This document shows, in pieces, positions 28,404-38,373 of a DNA stretch of 49,114 nucleotides. The notes beneath the pieces were generated by a model. It ran no database searches, was not told the origin of the DNA, and saw only the letters and a program-made list of their open reading frames with translations. This stretch comes from Candidatus Moranbacteria bacterium CG_4_9_14_3_um_filter_44_28 (GTDB taxonomy: Bacteria; Patescibacteriota; Minisyncoccia; Moranbacterales; UBA11712), in NCBI GenBank assembly GCA_002790655.1, contig PFVO01000008.1, positions 1-49,114 of the forward strand. Reading direction: 5' to 3'. Every line of letters starts with the position of its first letter. Within the stretch, counting starts at the first letter, position 1. The position numbers and the translations under genes are program-made.

Positions 28404-29303
28404 TTATTCATTCTCCAAACGCAGCCTCCATTTTTTCACCATCTCCACCGCCTCCTCGTACTCCTCCTTGGTAATTGGTCCCTCAAGCTCCGGATATTCG
28501 CTTGCCTTCCAGTAGGGGCGATACTGGTCCATGATGTTTATAAAAGTATTTTTGGAAATTTCCGCCGCCAGAAATTTCATAACTTCTTGCGTGCCAGCTA
28601 GGTCATTGGGCAGAACCAGATGGCGAACAAGCAATCCTCTTTTGGCAATTCCGTCTTCAACTACTAAATCTCCGACCTGCCAGTGCATTTCACGGATAGC
28701 TTTTTTCATTATGTCGAAATAATCAGAAGCAGCAGAATATTTTTGAGCAACCTTATCATCAGCATATTTGGCATCGGGCATATAGATGTCGACGATTCCA
28801 TCCAGAAGTTTCAGCGTCTCAATTGAATCGTAGGCATTGGTGTTATAAACAAGAGGAATCTTGAGTCCCCTTTCAACCGCAAGCGGCAAAGCCTCGAGAA
28901 TTTGCGGAACTTGGGAGGTGGGCGTTACGAAATTTATATTGTGACACCCCAAGCTCTGAAGCTCCATCATCATCTGCGCCAATTCCCCGGCATCAACTTC
29001 TGCTCCAATGCTCAATTGCGAAATATCATAGTTTTGGCAATAAACGCAAGCCAGATTGCAACGGGTGAAAAAAATTGTTCCCGACCCGCGCCGGCCAACC
29101 AGACAACTTTCCTCGCCAAAATGGAGGTGATGCGACGAAACCATTGCCTTTGCCCCCAGTTTGCAAAACCCTCTTTCACCTTCCAGTCGATTCACCCCGC
29201 ACTTCCGCGGACACACGCGGCAATTTGTAAGCAACGTTCGAGCTTTTTTGATTCTTTTATCAAATCTCTTCTTGCCAAGATTAAGATAGGCAGGATATTT
29301 CAT
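28404..29303 (-). CDS. Radical SAM protein, PflX-like
   Basis: CPRKCGVNR, HFGEE, CNLACVYCQN, RHLVLP, MDQYRP. Confidence 0.88.
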   Translation of the reverse strand: MKYPAYLNLGKKRFDKRIKKARTLLTNCRVCPRKCGVNRLEGERGFCKLGAKAMVSSHHLHFGEESCLVGRRGSGTIFFTRCNLACVYCQNYDISQLSIGAEVDAGELAQMMMELQSLGCHNINFVTPTSQVPQILEALPLAVERGLKIPLVYNTNAYDSIETLKLLDGIVDIYMPDAKYADDKVAQKYSAASDYFDIMKKAIREMHWQVGDLVVEDGIAKRGLLVRHLVLPNDLAGTQEVMKFLAAEISKNTFINIMDQYRPYWKASEYPELEGPITKEEYEEAVEMVKKWRLRLENE

Positions 29304-29371
29304 TTAGCTAAACTTCTTAACTCCTCCTTCGCCAGTGTCAATTATTTCTTCGTTAGGAAAAAGTATTTTTC

Positions 29372-29650
29372 TCACTTTTTTAACCTTCTTAGCTCCTTTT
29401 TCGCTTTCTCCAGTATTTTTTTCTGTTTCAAGTCCAAATTCTTCCCCGCCCGGTTGATATAGAAATTGAGCATTGACATCGCCGACTGAAAGGGACCGGC
29501 TTTGCGCCTAGTGCTCCCCATCGCCGAACGCATCAAAGACTTCGCGATTTTTTTCGGATTTTTCCACGTAAATACTCCTGTTTCAAGATCGAGGGCGGTA
29601 CTTTCTTTAGTTACTTCCTGTGACCACTTGGATTTCTTTTTTCTAGCCAT
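29372..29650 (-). CDS. DUF3175-like small basic protein
   Basis: KWSQEVT, ALDLE.GVF, SAMSMLNFYINRAGKNL. Confidence 0.8.
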   Translation of the reverse strand: MARKKKSKWSQEVTKESTALDLETGVFTWKNPKKIAKSLMRSAMGSTRRKAGPFQSAMSMLNFYINRAGKNLDLKQKKILEKAKKELRRLKK

Positions 29651-30368
29651 TAAAATACTTTTTTATATACCCAACTTCTTTTTTCAGAAACGCAATATTT
29701 TTTATTTTGATATCGCCTTCAATAACAATCGGCACATATAAATCTTGAAGCGGTTGAATAGATTTCAGAAAATCTTTTGATACTATTCGCAGAGATTGAT
29801 GGGTTCTTTTTCTAAAAGTTCCGCTAAAATGAATTTGAGATATCCTAGATCTATATTTTTTCACTATGTATTCTGTTTCGTACCTTGACTATGAATAGGC
29901 GTGTGAGACATCGAGGCAGAGCTTTATATTCCGATACCTCCTGAAAATATTTTTGAGATTTGACGATTTGTATTTGCTATTGATCGAAAGATTTTCCGTT
30001 GCAACATTGAATTTATATTTTTGAAGAACATGGGGCGGGGGCAAATTGTCCGGATGAATTATTACATTCTTCGCATCCACCTTTTTATATAATTTCTCGA
30101 TAACATCCAGTTGCTTAATTAATTCTCTTCGATTTTCGCTTTTCTTTGCTAATTCAAAAGGAGCGTGAATAGTCACATATTCCAGAAACTTTAACTAGGC
30201 TGTGTTTCGTGGCGACAGTTGAGTAGCATACAATTCTTCCCGCGACCCGAACGTTATCTCAATCCCTGAAACATCCAAATTTCTAGCATATTTGATTAAT
30301 TTATCTTTATCCTTTGATTTTTCCCAGCTCCAGACATTGCCCAAAGCAAAACTAAAAATTCTTGGCAT
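29643..30368 (-). pseudogene. Xylose-isomerase-like TIM-barrel protein with two in-frame TAG codons (30195-30197, 29889-29891)
   Basis: Three ORF-track fragments share one frame: GIE, TIHAP, IIHP, ATEN, CLDVSHA, IHFS, VIE. Confidence 0.8.
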
Positions 30369-30429
30369 AAATAATTGAAAAATTTTAATTGCGGCGGGGA
30401 CTTTTCTTTTGCTAGTCTTTACCAAAATT

Positions 30430-30711
30430 TTAGCTTCGCCACCTTTTGAGTTTCGGAATTGTGCTTTCCGCCATTTCGCGGGCTTTTTCTTCCGGCATTC
30501 CGAATTTTTCCATCGCAATTTTCACCTGCATTTCAATGAATTCCGGCATTTCCATCTTAGCCGTGAACTCGCCGTTTTGAAAGCAATATCTGCAATACTC
30601 ACTACTCGGGCTCCCATCCGCGTTCGTCCCAAAATCTTCGGGCTTTGCCATCGGCATCCCGTAGCTTTGACAGATTTTTCCGCCGCCTGGCACGGTCTGC
30701 ACTTTATTCAT
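30430..30711 (-). CDS. Putative zinc-ribbon protein (one Cys apparently replaced by Tyr)
   Basis: CQSYGMPM..GTNADGS..EYCRYCFQNG..PKLKRW. Confidence 0.82.
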   Translation of the reverse strand: MNKVQTVPGGGKICQSYGMPMAKPEDFGTNADGSPSSEYCRYCFQNGEFTAKMEMPEFIEMQVKIAMEKFGMPEEKAREMAESTIPKLKRWRS

Positions 30712-30739
30712 GGTTTTATTTCTTAAAATTAATTATTTT

Positions 30740-30824
30740 CGGAAGGGGAGGGAGTCGAACCCTCGATACCTTGCGGTATACCCGCTTTCCAAGCGAGCGC
30801 ACTAGGCCACTATGCGACCCTTCC
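30740..30824 (-). tRNA. tRNA-Ser(GGA), CCA not encoded
   Basis: GGAAGGG acceptor stem, anticodon arm CTCGC-TTGGAAA-GCGGG, long variable arm, GGTTCGACT T-loop. Confidence 0.95.
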
Positions 30825-30831
30825 AGACTAT

Positions 30832-30858
30832 AAAGCGAGGCTTAGTTGCCTCGCTTTT
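30832..30858. terminator. Terminator-like hairpin after ppsA
   Basis: AAAGCGAGGC-TTAGTT-GCCTCGCTTT. Confidence 0.65.
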
Positions 30859-30887
30859 AATCTAGCAGAAACATGGTAAAATTCAAA

Positions 30888-33401
30888 TTACTTTTCCATT
30901 TTCTCTATCTCGACCATCGTCTTTATCACCGTATCGGGATTCAAGGAAATCGAATCGATTTTTTCTTCAACGAGGAATTTGGCGAAATCGAGAAAGTCTG
31001 ACGGAGCCTGGCCGCAGATGCCGACTTTGCGGCGAGCTTTATGCGCTTTTTGGATCACTTGCCGGATAAGTTCTTTCACGGCATCGTTGCGTTCGTCATA
31101 GACATGCGAAACCTTGGCACTGTCGCGGTCCACTCCCAAAGTCAGTTGCGTCAAATCATTCGAACCGATGGAAAATCCGTCGAAAATTTTTGAAAATTCT
31201 TTTGCTAAAATAACATTCGAAGGAATTTCGCACATCACATAGACCTGAAGTCCATTCACGCCGCGTTTGAGACCGTATTTTTCCATTTCGGCGAGTACTT
31301 TTTTTCCTTCTTCGACCGTGCGGCAAAAGGGGATCATCGCTTTCATGTTCGTGAGCCCCATCTCGTCACGGACTTTTTTGAAAGCCAAACACTCAAGCCG
31401 AAACCCTTCTTTGTAGTCATCGTCGTAATACCGCGAGGCGCCCCGCCAGCCGATCATCGGATTTTCTTCCGCCGGCTCGAAATCGGCGCCGCCGATGAGA
31501 GTCGCGTATTCATTCGTCTTGAAGTCTGACATTCGGACAATCACATCCTTTGGATAGAAGGCGGCGCAAATCCGCCCGATCCCTTCGGCCAGTTTGTCCA
31601 CAAAAAATTCTTCTTTGTTTTTATAGCCCTGCGTAAGCTCATTGATTTTCTTTTTTTCCTCTTTGTCTTTCACTTTTTCAAAATGAATGAGCGCCATCGG
31701 ATGAATTTTGATGTATTCGGTGATAATGAATTCTTCGCGGGCGAGCCCCACCCCATCATTGGGGATGAAAGACAGGTCAAACGCCTGTTCGGGATTTCCC
31801 ACGTTCATCATTATTTTAGTTTTAGTTTTTTTGATTTCCCGGAGATTGGTTTTTTTGATTTCAAATTTCAAGAGTCCCTCATAGACGTGGCCCTCTTCGC
31901 CCTCGGCACAGCAAACTGTTACTGGTTTTGTGTCTTTGATGGCATTCGTTGCGTTTCCGGTTCCGACAATGCACGGAATCCCAAGCTCGCGCGAGACAAT
32001 AGCCGCGTGGGATGTCCTGCCGCCGGAATTGGTGACGATGGCCGCCGCAATTTTCATGATCGGCTCCCAATCCGGATCGGTCATCTCGGTCACCAAAACT
32101 TCTCCTTTTTTGAACTCGGAAATCTTGGCCACTTCTTTGATCACATTGGCTTTCCCTTGTCCAATCTTATTCCCCACCGCCGCGCCGGAGCATAAAATTC
32201 TTCCTTTTGATTTCAGAATATATTCTTCGAGAACATTTTTCTTTTTTTGCGACTGAACGGTTTCGGGCCGGGCCTGGACGATATACAAATTTTTGTCCCG
32301 TCCGTCTTTGGCCCACTCGATATCCATCGGTTTTTTGTAATGCTCTTCAATAAGCACTCCCCAGTTTGCCAACTTCAAAACTTCCTCATCCGTGAGACAA
32401 AAATGTTTCCGGTCTTCCTGAGAAACTGCCACGTTTTGCGTCGAAGCGCTTCCCCCGACGGAATAAACAAGTTTTGTTTCTTTGCTACCCAGCTTTTTCC
32501 CGACAATGGACTTAAAGCCCTTTTTGAGCGTCGGCTTGTGAACAAAAAACTCGTCCGGATTGACTTTTCCTTTGACGATATTTTCCCCGAGTCCCCAAGA
32601 GCCGTTGATGACAACAACATCTTTGAATCCAGACTCCGTGTCGATAGTAAACATCACCCCACTTGAAGCCTCATCCGAGCGGACCATCTTTTGTACGCCC
32701 ACCGAAAGAGCGATTTCGAGGTGATCAAAACCCTTATCCACGCGGTAGGAAATGGCCCGGTCGGTAAAAAGAGAAGCAAAACATTTCTTAATAGACTCCA
32801 GGAGCTGATATTCGCCGGTCACGTTGAGATATGATTCCTGCTGGCCGGCAAAAGAAGCTTCTGTTAAGTCTTCAGCAGTTGCCGAGGAGCGAACGGCGAC
32901 GTCCACTCCGCCCGCGAAATGATTGGTGTGGTCTTTTCTGTCCCAGGAAATTTTGAAGCTGCGACTGGGATTATATTCTTTGGAAAGTTTCACGTACGCG
33001 TCAACGATGGCATTCCGGAGGTCAACTGGAAATTCCGCCGAAAGAATGGCTTGGCGTGCCCGATATCCCCGCTCGGCCAGATTTCGCATATTACCGGTAT
33101 CAAGACCCTCGAGAATTTTTTCAATATCGTCATCAACTTCATTTTGGCGCAGGAAATACCGATACGCTTCCGAAGTTATCGCAAAGCCATCCGGTACTCG
33201 AATGCCTTTTTTTCGAAGATTCCGGTACATCTCCCCGAGAGAAGCATTTTTCCCACCAACGAGAGGAACGTCTTTGATGCCGGTTTCCCGAAACCAAAGA
33301 ATATATTTGTTTTTTCCGCCAGAGGCGCCTGCCCGAATTGCTTTGCGAATCAAAGCAGGCGGGGACCAGCCTTTGGCTAGCATTTTCTTATGGCTTATCA
33401 T
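30888..33401 (-). CDS. ppsA: Phosphoenolpyruvate synthase
   Basis: VGGKNASLGEM, AVRSSATAED, GGRTSHAAIVSRE, GFSIGSNDLTQ. Confidence 0.97.
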   Translation of the reverse strand: MISHKKMLAKGWSPPALIRKAIRAGASGGKNKYILWFRETGIKDVPLVGGKNASLGEMYRNLRKKGIRVPDGFAITSEAYRYFLRQNEVDDDIEKILEGLDTGNMRNLAERGYRARQAILSAEFPVDLRNAIVDAYVKLSKEYNPSRSFKISWDRKDHTNHFAGGVDVAVRSSATAEDLTEASFAGQQESYLNVTGEYQLLESIKKCFASLFTDRAISYRVDKGFDHLEIALSVGVQKMVRSDEASSGVMFTIDTESGFKDVVVINGSWGLGENIVKGKVNPDEFFVHKPTLKKGFKSIVGKKLGSKETKLVYSVGGSASTQNVAVSQEDRKHFCLTDEEVLKLANWGVLIEEHYKKPMDIEWAKDGRDKNLYIVQARPETVQSQKKKNVLEEYILKSKGRILCSGAAVGNKIGQGKANVIKEVAKISEFKKGEVLVTEMTDPDWEPIMKIAAAIVTNSGGRTSHAAIVSRELGIPCIVGTGNATNAIKDTKPVTVCCAEGEEGHVYEGLLKFEIKKTNLREIKKTKTKIMMNVGNPEQAFDLSFIPNDGVGLAREEFIITEYIKIHPMALIHFEKVKDKEEKKKINELTQGYKNKEEFFVDKLAEGIGRICAAFYPKDVIVRMSDFKTNEYATLIGGADFEPAEENPMIGWRGASRYYDDDYKEGFRLECLAFKKVRDEMGLTNMKAMIPFCRTVEEGKKVLAEMEKYGLKRGVNGLQVYVMCEIPSNVILAKEFSKIFDGFSIGSNDLTQLTLGVDRDSAKVSHVYDERNDAVKELIRQVIQKAHKARRKVGICGQAPSDFLDFAKFLVEEKIDSISLNPDTVIKTMVEIEKMEK
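33318..33378 (+). repeat. 61-bp composite palindromic repeat, copy 1, in the ppsA 5' end
   Basis: 56/61 identical to the reverse complement of 35500-35560. Confidence 0.9.
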
Positions 33402-33425
33402 TTATTTTTATTTTCAAATTTTGAA

Positions 33426-34868
33426 CTACTTTATCTCTTCTATCTTAACGAGACTCATATGCTCCCGTTTGACATGCGGGCGGCCGGCAACAATTACCAC
33501 CCGGTCACCTTTCTTAAACACTTTGTTTTTTTTGAGAGTTTCAATCGAACGATCGAGTAGCTCATCCAGATCCCGGCAGTCAGGGAGGATGAAGCTCTCA
33601 ACGCCCCAGACAAGGGTGAGTTGATTGCTTGTTTTCTCGTTGTTGGTCATCACGAACACTTCCTGCTCCGGCCGGTGGCGGGTAATCATCCGGGCTGTAA
33701 ATCCGCTGACGCTCGCCACTACAATCGCTTTTGCGCCGCTGTCTTTCAAAAGTTCGTGGGCCGATTGGGCCACCGCCGCCGAAACCGAAGACGTTTGGTC
33801 TCCCAAAAATCCGTGTCCGAGATCATCAAAAGGCGATTCTTCCGTTTTTTCGATAATTTGACGCATCGTCCGAACCGCTTCAACCGGATATTTTCCGCTG
33901 GCCGTCTCGCCGGAAAGCATAACCGCGTCGGCATGGTCAACCACGGCGTTGGCGACATCCGTCACTTCAGCCCGCGTCGGCCGGGGATTCCTGATCATCG
34001 AGTCAAGCATTTGAGTGGCTACAATGGCCGGCTTTCCCGCCCGAAGGCTCTTGGCTGTCATTTCTTTTTGCAAAATCGGAATCTCCTCCTGCGGCATTTC
34101 AATCCCAAGGTCGCCCCGGGCCACCATGATCGCGTCCGCCGCCCGGAGAATCTCGTCAAAATTTTTCACTGCTTCCCTCCGTTCAATTTTGGCAATCACC
34201 TGCGGCAGCCGGCCGTGGTTTTTTGTTTTTTTCTTGATCAATTTTTTGAGATTTCCAATTTCTCCGGCTGATCGCACAAAAGACATTGCCACAAAATCAA
34301 CATCTTGAGACAGAATAAAATCCAAAACTTCTTTGTCTTTTTGTGTTAGCGCTCCGATTTTTGCCGAGATTCCGGGAATATTCACACCTTTTTTCGGCTT
34401 GATAATTCCTTCGTTCATCGCTTCGCACTTCACGAACTTCCCGTTTTTGCCGATAACTTTCAGTTTGATCAATCCGTCTTCAATCAGAATCTCGTTGCCG
34501 AGTTTTGCCAGCCTAACTGCTTCCGGAAGGTCCAAAAAAATAATTTTTCCTGCTTCCCCCAATCTCCCCAATTTCCCCAATCTGCCTAATCCGGCTCCAA
34601 CCCGAACAATTTCTCCTCTTTTTACTTTTTGATCCTTGCCATTTGCTATCCTTATCCTCGGCCCCTGGAGATCCGCCATTATCCCAATCGGCCGTTTCAT
34701 CTTCTTCCCGATTTTCCTAATCTCTCTTATCACCCTCCCGTGCCAGGCAAAATCAGAGTGCGAAAAATTGAGCCGGGCGACGTTCGTCCCATCTTCAATT
34801 ATCTTCGTCAAAACTTTTCTTCCCTCCGACGCCGGGCCGATAGTGGCGATAATTTTGGTACGTTTCAT
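33426..34868 (-). CDS. pyk: Pyruvate kinase
   Basis: KRTKIIATIGPAS, ARLNFSH, IAKIE, MVARGDLG, ATQMLDSM, MLSGETA. Confidence 0.97.
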   Translation of the reverse strand: MKRTKIIATIGPASEGRKVLTKIIEDGTNVARLNFSHSDFAWHGRVIREIRKIGKKMKRPIGIMADLQGPRIRIANGKDQKVKRGEIVRVGAGLGRLGKLGRLGEAGKIIFLDLPEAVRLAKLGNEILIEDGLIKLKVIGKNGKFVKCEAMNEGIIKPKKGVNIPGISAKIGALTQKDKEVLDFILSQDVDFVAMSFVRSAGEIGNLKKLIKKKTKNHGRLPQVIAKIERREAVKNFDEILRAADAIMVARGDLGIEMPQEEIPILQKEMTAKSLRAGKPAIVATQMLDSMIRNPRPTRAEVTDVANAVVDHADAVMLSGETASGKYPVEAVRTMRQIIEKTEESPFDDLGHGFLGDQTSSVSAAVAQSAHELLKDSGAKAIVVASVSGFTARMITRHRPEQEVFVMTNNEKTSNQLTLVWGVESFILPDCRDLDELLDRSIETLKKNKVFKKGDRVVIVAGRPHVKREHMSLVKIEEIK

Positions 34869-34943
34869 GATCTTATTGTAAACCAAAACGAGCAAACTTA
34901 AAAGAGCTTGCTCGCCTTACATTTCAAGAAATTGCCGGCTGTT

Positions 34944-35294
34944 CTAACTTATCAGCTTGAAACCGCCAATCACCGGAAGCTCCTTCATTTCGCCTTTGGC
35001 CGCACTCACGATTCCCAAAATCATAAACACAAGTCCGGCAATGGCTACCAGCGGCATAAGGAAAATCCCGATTACAACGAACGAGAGAACCGCTGAAACC
35101 GTCCATCCGATAAATCCAAAGAGAAGAAGATCCAACTGCTGATTGGCATGAAATTTGGCAAAGGGGCTGTTTTTCGCATCCGTCACTAAAGGGATAAAAA
35201 ACAAAATCGGAATAATATAGCCAATAATAGCAAAAGCTTTGTTTTTTTCCGCGTCTTGCGGATCCGCTTTTTGAGTTTGGTTTTCTTCGGTCAT
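34944..35294 (-). CDS. Membrane protein (DUF4870-like)
   Basis: FAKFHANQ, three TM helices, C-terminal LPVIG. Confidence 0.8.
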   Translation of the reverse strand: MTEENQTQKADPQDAEKNKAFAIIGYIIPILFFIPLVTDAKNSPFAKFHANQQLDLLLFGFIGWTVSAVLSFVVIGIFLMPLVAIAGLVFMILGIVSAAKGEMKELPVIGGFKLIS

Positions 35295-35373
35295 AAATTC
35301 ACCTCGCTTTCTGTTTTAAAGATTTTTAATTTATTAGCAAACTTCCAAGTTCGACTTGATTTCCCTTACTATA

Positions 35374-35817
35374 TTAAAGCATACTTTTTAATTCTCGCAA
35401 AATATCGTCCGGGATTGGGTCTCTTTTCGGACTTATTCCCGAATACCGCCACGTACTGATCAAACGAATCTTTTGCTGCGTAAAAGTTTTTCTTTTTTCA
35501 GCCAAAGACTGATTCCCGCCTGCTTTGATTTGCAAAGCAATTCGGGCAGGTGCCTCTGGCATGACATTTTTACTTTTTCCTTTTATCTGGTACATTGCCC
35601 AAATTTCACTCGACCATACTCTTTTTCCATTTTTGGTATGAGTCGAGGCGGGTTGCATAACCGCGATGGTATTTGCCGCCACTCCCTCCTCCACTCTCTG
35701 CGGATTATTCACCAAGCGCAAAACTCTCTGAGCCGTCAATCCATAATGCCTCATCTTCCCAATGGCGTGCTGTGTCCACTCATATTTTTCCGTATTTTTG
35801 GGAATTTTAAATCGCAT
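35374..35817 (-). CDS. Hypothetical protein (possible DUF4258/BrnT-like fold) carrying a repeat insertion
   Basis: WTQHA..KM..YGL...V...NP; ISTWRY. Confidence 0.6.
   Translation of the reverse strand: MRFKIPKNTEKYEWTQHAIGKMRHYGLTAQRVLRLVNNPQRVEEGVAANTIAVMQPASTHTKNGKRVWSSEIWAMYQIKGKSKNVMPEAPARIALQIKAGGNQSLAEKRKTFTQQKIRLISTWRYSGISPKRDPIPDDILRELKSML
35500..35560 (-). repeat. 61-bp composite palindromic repeat, copy 2
   Basis: Reverse complement of 33318-33378 with 5 substitutions. Confidence 0.9.
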
Positions 35818-35853
35818 ATAAAAAACTTTCTAAAGTGTAGCCTTAGGAAATAA

Positions 35854-36741
35854 TTACACATCCATTCCCCGCAACCTCTTTACTCTCTCCGCGATCGGCG
35901 GGTGGGTTTGGAAGAGATTTGATATTTTTTTGCCTTTGAAAGGATTAGCGATAAAGAGATGCGCTGTTGCTCGGTTGGCGTGGCGCATCGGCGTCGGGTC
36001 GGCGGAGATTTTTTCGAGCGCGCCGGCAAGGCCTTCCGGATAACGGGTTAACAACGCTCCGTCGGCGTCGGCCAGAAATTCGCGCTTTCGGGAAATAGCC
36101 AGTTGCACAAGCATCGCCGCCAGCGGCGCCAAAATCGATAAAATTATTCCCGCAATGAATAAAATTAATCCCAGTTGTCCGCGATCCCGGTCACCATCTC
36201 CGCCTCCAAACCACGCCCAGCGGCGAAACCAATCAGCCATAAGAGCCACAAACCCGACTAAAACTACGATAATAGTCGAAAGCAGTATGTCTCGATTGCC
36301 GATATGGGAAAGTTCGTGGGCGATAACGCCTTCCAATTCTTTCTTCTCCAATTTTTCCGCCAGACCCGTTGTAACAGCAATCACCGCATGTTCCGGATCA
36401 CGCCCGGTTGCAAAGGCGTTCGGAGACGGATCATTGATGACGTAAATTTTCGGCACCGGTAGTCCGGCCGTGATGCAAAGATTCTCGACAATGTGATAGA
36501 TTTCCTTCGCGTTTTCGTGGGTCACTTCCTTCGCCCCGCTCATAGCAAGAACAATTTTGTCGCTCCACCAGTAAGAAGCAAAGCTCATGAGCGTGCTGAA
36601 AATAACCGCGACGACCAAAATCACCGAATTGTTCATCGCCTGCGCGAAAACATATCCAACACCAATGACAAAGATTAAAAAACCTGTGATATAGATCCAG
36701 GTGAGTCGGGTATTTTTATCGGCTTGGGTATATATTGTCAT
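35854..36741 (-). CDS. htpX: M48 zinc metalloprotease HtpX
   Basis: PNAFATG, AHELSH, SRKREFLAD, THPP. Confidence 0.95.
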   Translation of the reverse strand: MTIYTQADKNTRLTWIYITGFLIFVIGVGYVFAQAMNNSVILVVAVIFSTLMSFASYWWSDKIVLAMSGAKEVTHENAKEIYHIVENLCITAGLPVPKIYVINDPSPNAFATGRDPEHAVIAVTTGLAEKLEKKELEGVIAHELSHIGNRDILLSTIIVVLVGFVALMADWFRRWAWFGGGDGDRDRGQLGLILFIAGIILSILAPLAAMLVQLAISRKREFLADADGALLTRYPEGLAGALEKISADPTPMRHANRATAHLFIANPFKGKKISNLFQTHPPIAERVKRLRGMDV

Positions 36742-36749
36742 GATATTGC

Positions 36750-36841
36750 AATTCGTAAATTGTAATCAGTAATTTGGATTTACATAAACCAAAACCGAAG
36801 GATTTTCTATCCCAATTACAAATTACCAATTACTAATTACA
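36750..36841. repeat. Two opposed heptamer arrays, intergenic
   Basis: AATTCGT AAATTGT AATCAGT AATTTGG ... AATTACA AATTACC AATTACT AATTACA. Confidence 0.75.
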
Positions 36842-36845
36842 AGTT

Positions 36846-37394
36846 TTAGAATTCCACTTTCACGGCCTCTTTAGCTTCACCTTCCGCTTCAAAAAATTCC
36901 CGGGCAGTAAAATTCAGCATTCCCGCAAAGATGTTGTTCGGGAAAACCTGAATTTTTATATTGAAGTCGCGAACGTTTCCGTTGTAGAATCGGCGCGATG
37001 CCTGAATTTTGTCTTCAGTGTCAGCCAGTTCTCCCTGAAGCTCCAAAAAATTCTGATTTGCCTTGAGATCCGGATAAGCTTCCGCCACCGCAAACAAACT
37101 TTTGAGAGTCTGCGAAAGCATATTTTCGGCTTGCGCCTTGTCGCCGGCCGATTGGGCCGCCATCGCCCGGGTTCGAGCTTCGGTCACTTTTTCAAAAACT
37201 TCTTTTTCGTGCTGGGCATAGCCTTTCACCGTATTTACAAGATTCGGGATGAGGTCATACCGCCTCTTGAGCTGGACGTCAATGTCACTCCAAGCCTCAT
37301 CCACCCGGTTTTTGAGTCGGATAAGCCCGTTATAGATCGCAACCGCCCAAATGACGAGCACGGCAACTATTCCCAATATAATCCACATAACCAT
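36846..37394 (-). CDS. lemA: LemA family protein
   Basis: AWSDIDVQLKRRYDLIPNLV, AYPDLKANQNF. Confidence 0.96.
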   Translation of the reverse strand: MVMWIILGIVAVLVIWAVAIYNGLIRLKNRVDEAWSDIDVQLKRRYDLIPNLVNTVKGYAQHEKEVFEKVTEARTRAMAAQSAGDKAQAENMLSQTLKSLFAVAEAYPDLKANQNFLELQGELADTEDKIQASRRFYNGNVRDFNIKIQVFPNNIFAGMLNFTAREFFEAEGEAKEAVKVEF

Positions 37395-37436
37395 ATGTTT
37401 GTTAGTTAATGCTTATTTTTTAATGTCAAAATAACG

Positions 37437-38252
37437 TTACTGATTAATGTCTCTCTCCATCGCCGCCCGCAACATCACCCTTGCAAATGAAACATTTTCT
37501 TTCACTCTGTCTCCCTTGTTACCCAGATAATCCAGTGAAGAATTTTTAACAAGCGACAAGTCCACCCTATTGGAATACGCCCCCGCCACTTTTCCTGATT
37601 CAACGCCGGCAATTTCTAGTATTTCTTTTCTATAAAAAAATCCGATTTGAAAGAGCAGGAAAAATAGTAGCACCAAAGACGCGCCAAAAGCAAATTTTGG
37701 AAGAAATGGCAATTTCCCGACCGGCTCCGGCGCAAAACTCGGCGAAAATCTTCTCGCTTCATTTCGGACCTCAAATTCTTTTATTGTTTCCTGATTTTTC
37801 TTTTCAGTCTTCTGAATCTTTACCTGCACTATTTTTCTTAAATCAACTGTCGGCAGTCTTCTCCCAATCCGCAGAGAAGTAAAATCTGTCTTTCGCATAT
37901 CTGCTTTCCGTTCAATTTGGTTTGTTTGGTTTGCCTGATTCACCGCAAATGCTTTTTGCAATCCGGGTTCTTGTTTCAGTTCTGTTTTTTCCACCGCAAT
38001 TTTTTCTTTCTCGACAGGTTTGATTTCAGCTTCCAATATTTTTGCTTCCGCTTTTTTCGCCGCAATATCTTTTTCAAACTCCCAAAACCACTCCCATATT
38101 GTATACCAGCGTTTGCCAATTCGGATTGAACCGAGATCACCTCGCCTCGCCAAAAGACCCAAATACTCTTGGGCATATTTTTTTTCTTTGGCAACTTGAG
38201 AGAGCAAGACAAATTTTTTTCTGAAGTCCTCCTGCATAGCTATATAATACAA
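37437..38252 (-). CDS. Hypothetical protein: N-terminal excisionase/HTH-like domain plus a single TM helix
   Basis: YAQEYLGLLARRGDLGSIRIGKRWY; TM near the C-terminus. Confidence 0.65.
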   Translation of the reverse strand: MYYIAMQEDFRKKFVLLSQVAKEKKYAQEYLGLLARRGDLGSIRIGKRWYTIWEWFWEFEKDIAAKKAEAKILEAEIKPVEKEKIAVEKTELKQEPGLQKAFAVNQANQTNQIERKADMRKTDFTSLRIGRRLPTVDLRKIVQVKIQKTEKKNQETIKEFEVRNEARRFSPSFAPEPVGKLPFLPKFAFGASLVLLFFLLFQIGFFYRKEILEIAGVESGKVAGAYSNRVDLSLVKNSSLDYLGNKGDRVKENVSFARVMLRAAMERDINQ

Positions 38253-38373
38253 TAGGAACGCATTTGATGTCTACAACAAATATCGGGTATTTATTCCCGC
38301 ACTATATAACTATTATGCATTATACAATTTTTACTTATTTCCATTTTCGCAAAAGTTATTGTAAAATATAGCT

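Noticed and set aside
1119-30197. Genome-wide reassignment of TAG to an amino acid
   Set aside because: TAG ends polA (GDNWGEI), purL and other genes at their expected C-termini, and internal TAA stops and frameshifts also occur.
27625-30824. Prophage or integrative island at tRNA-Ser
   Set aside because: No integrase, phage genes or duplicated tRNA 3' end seen.
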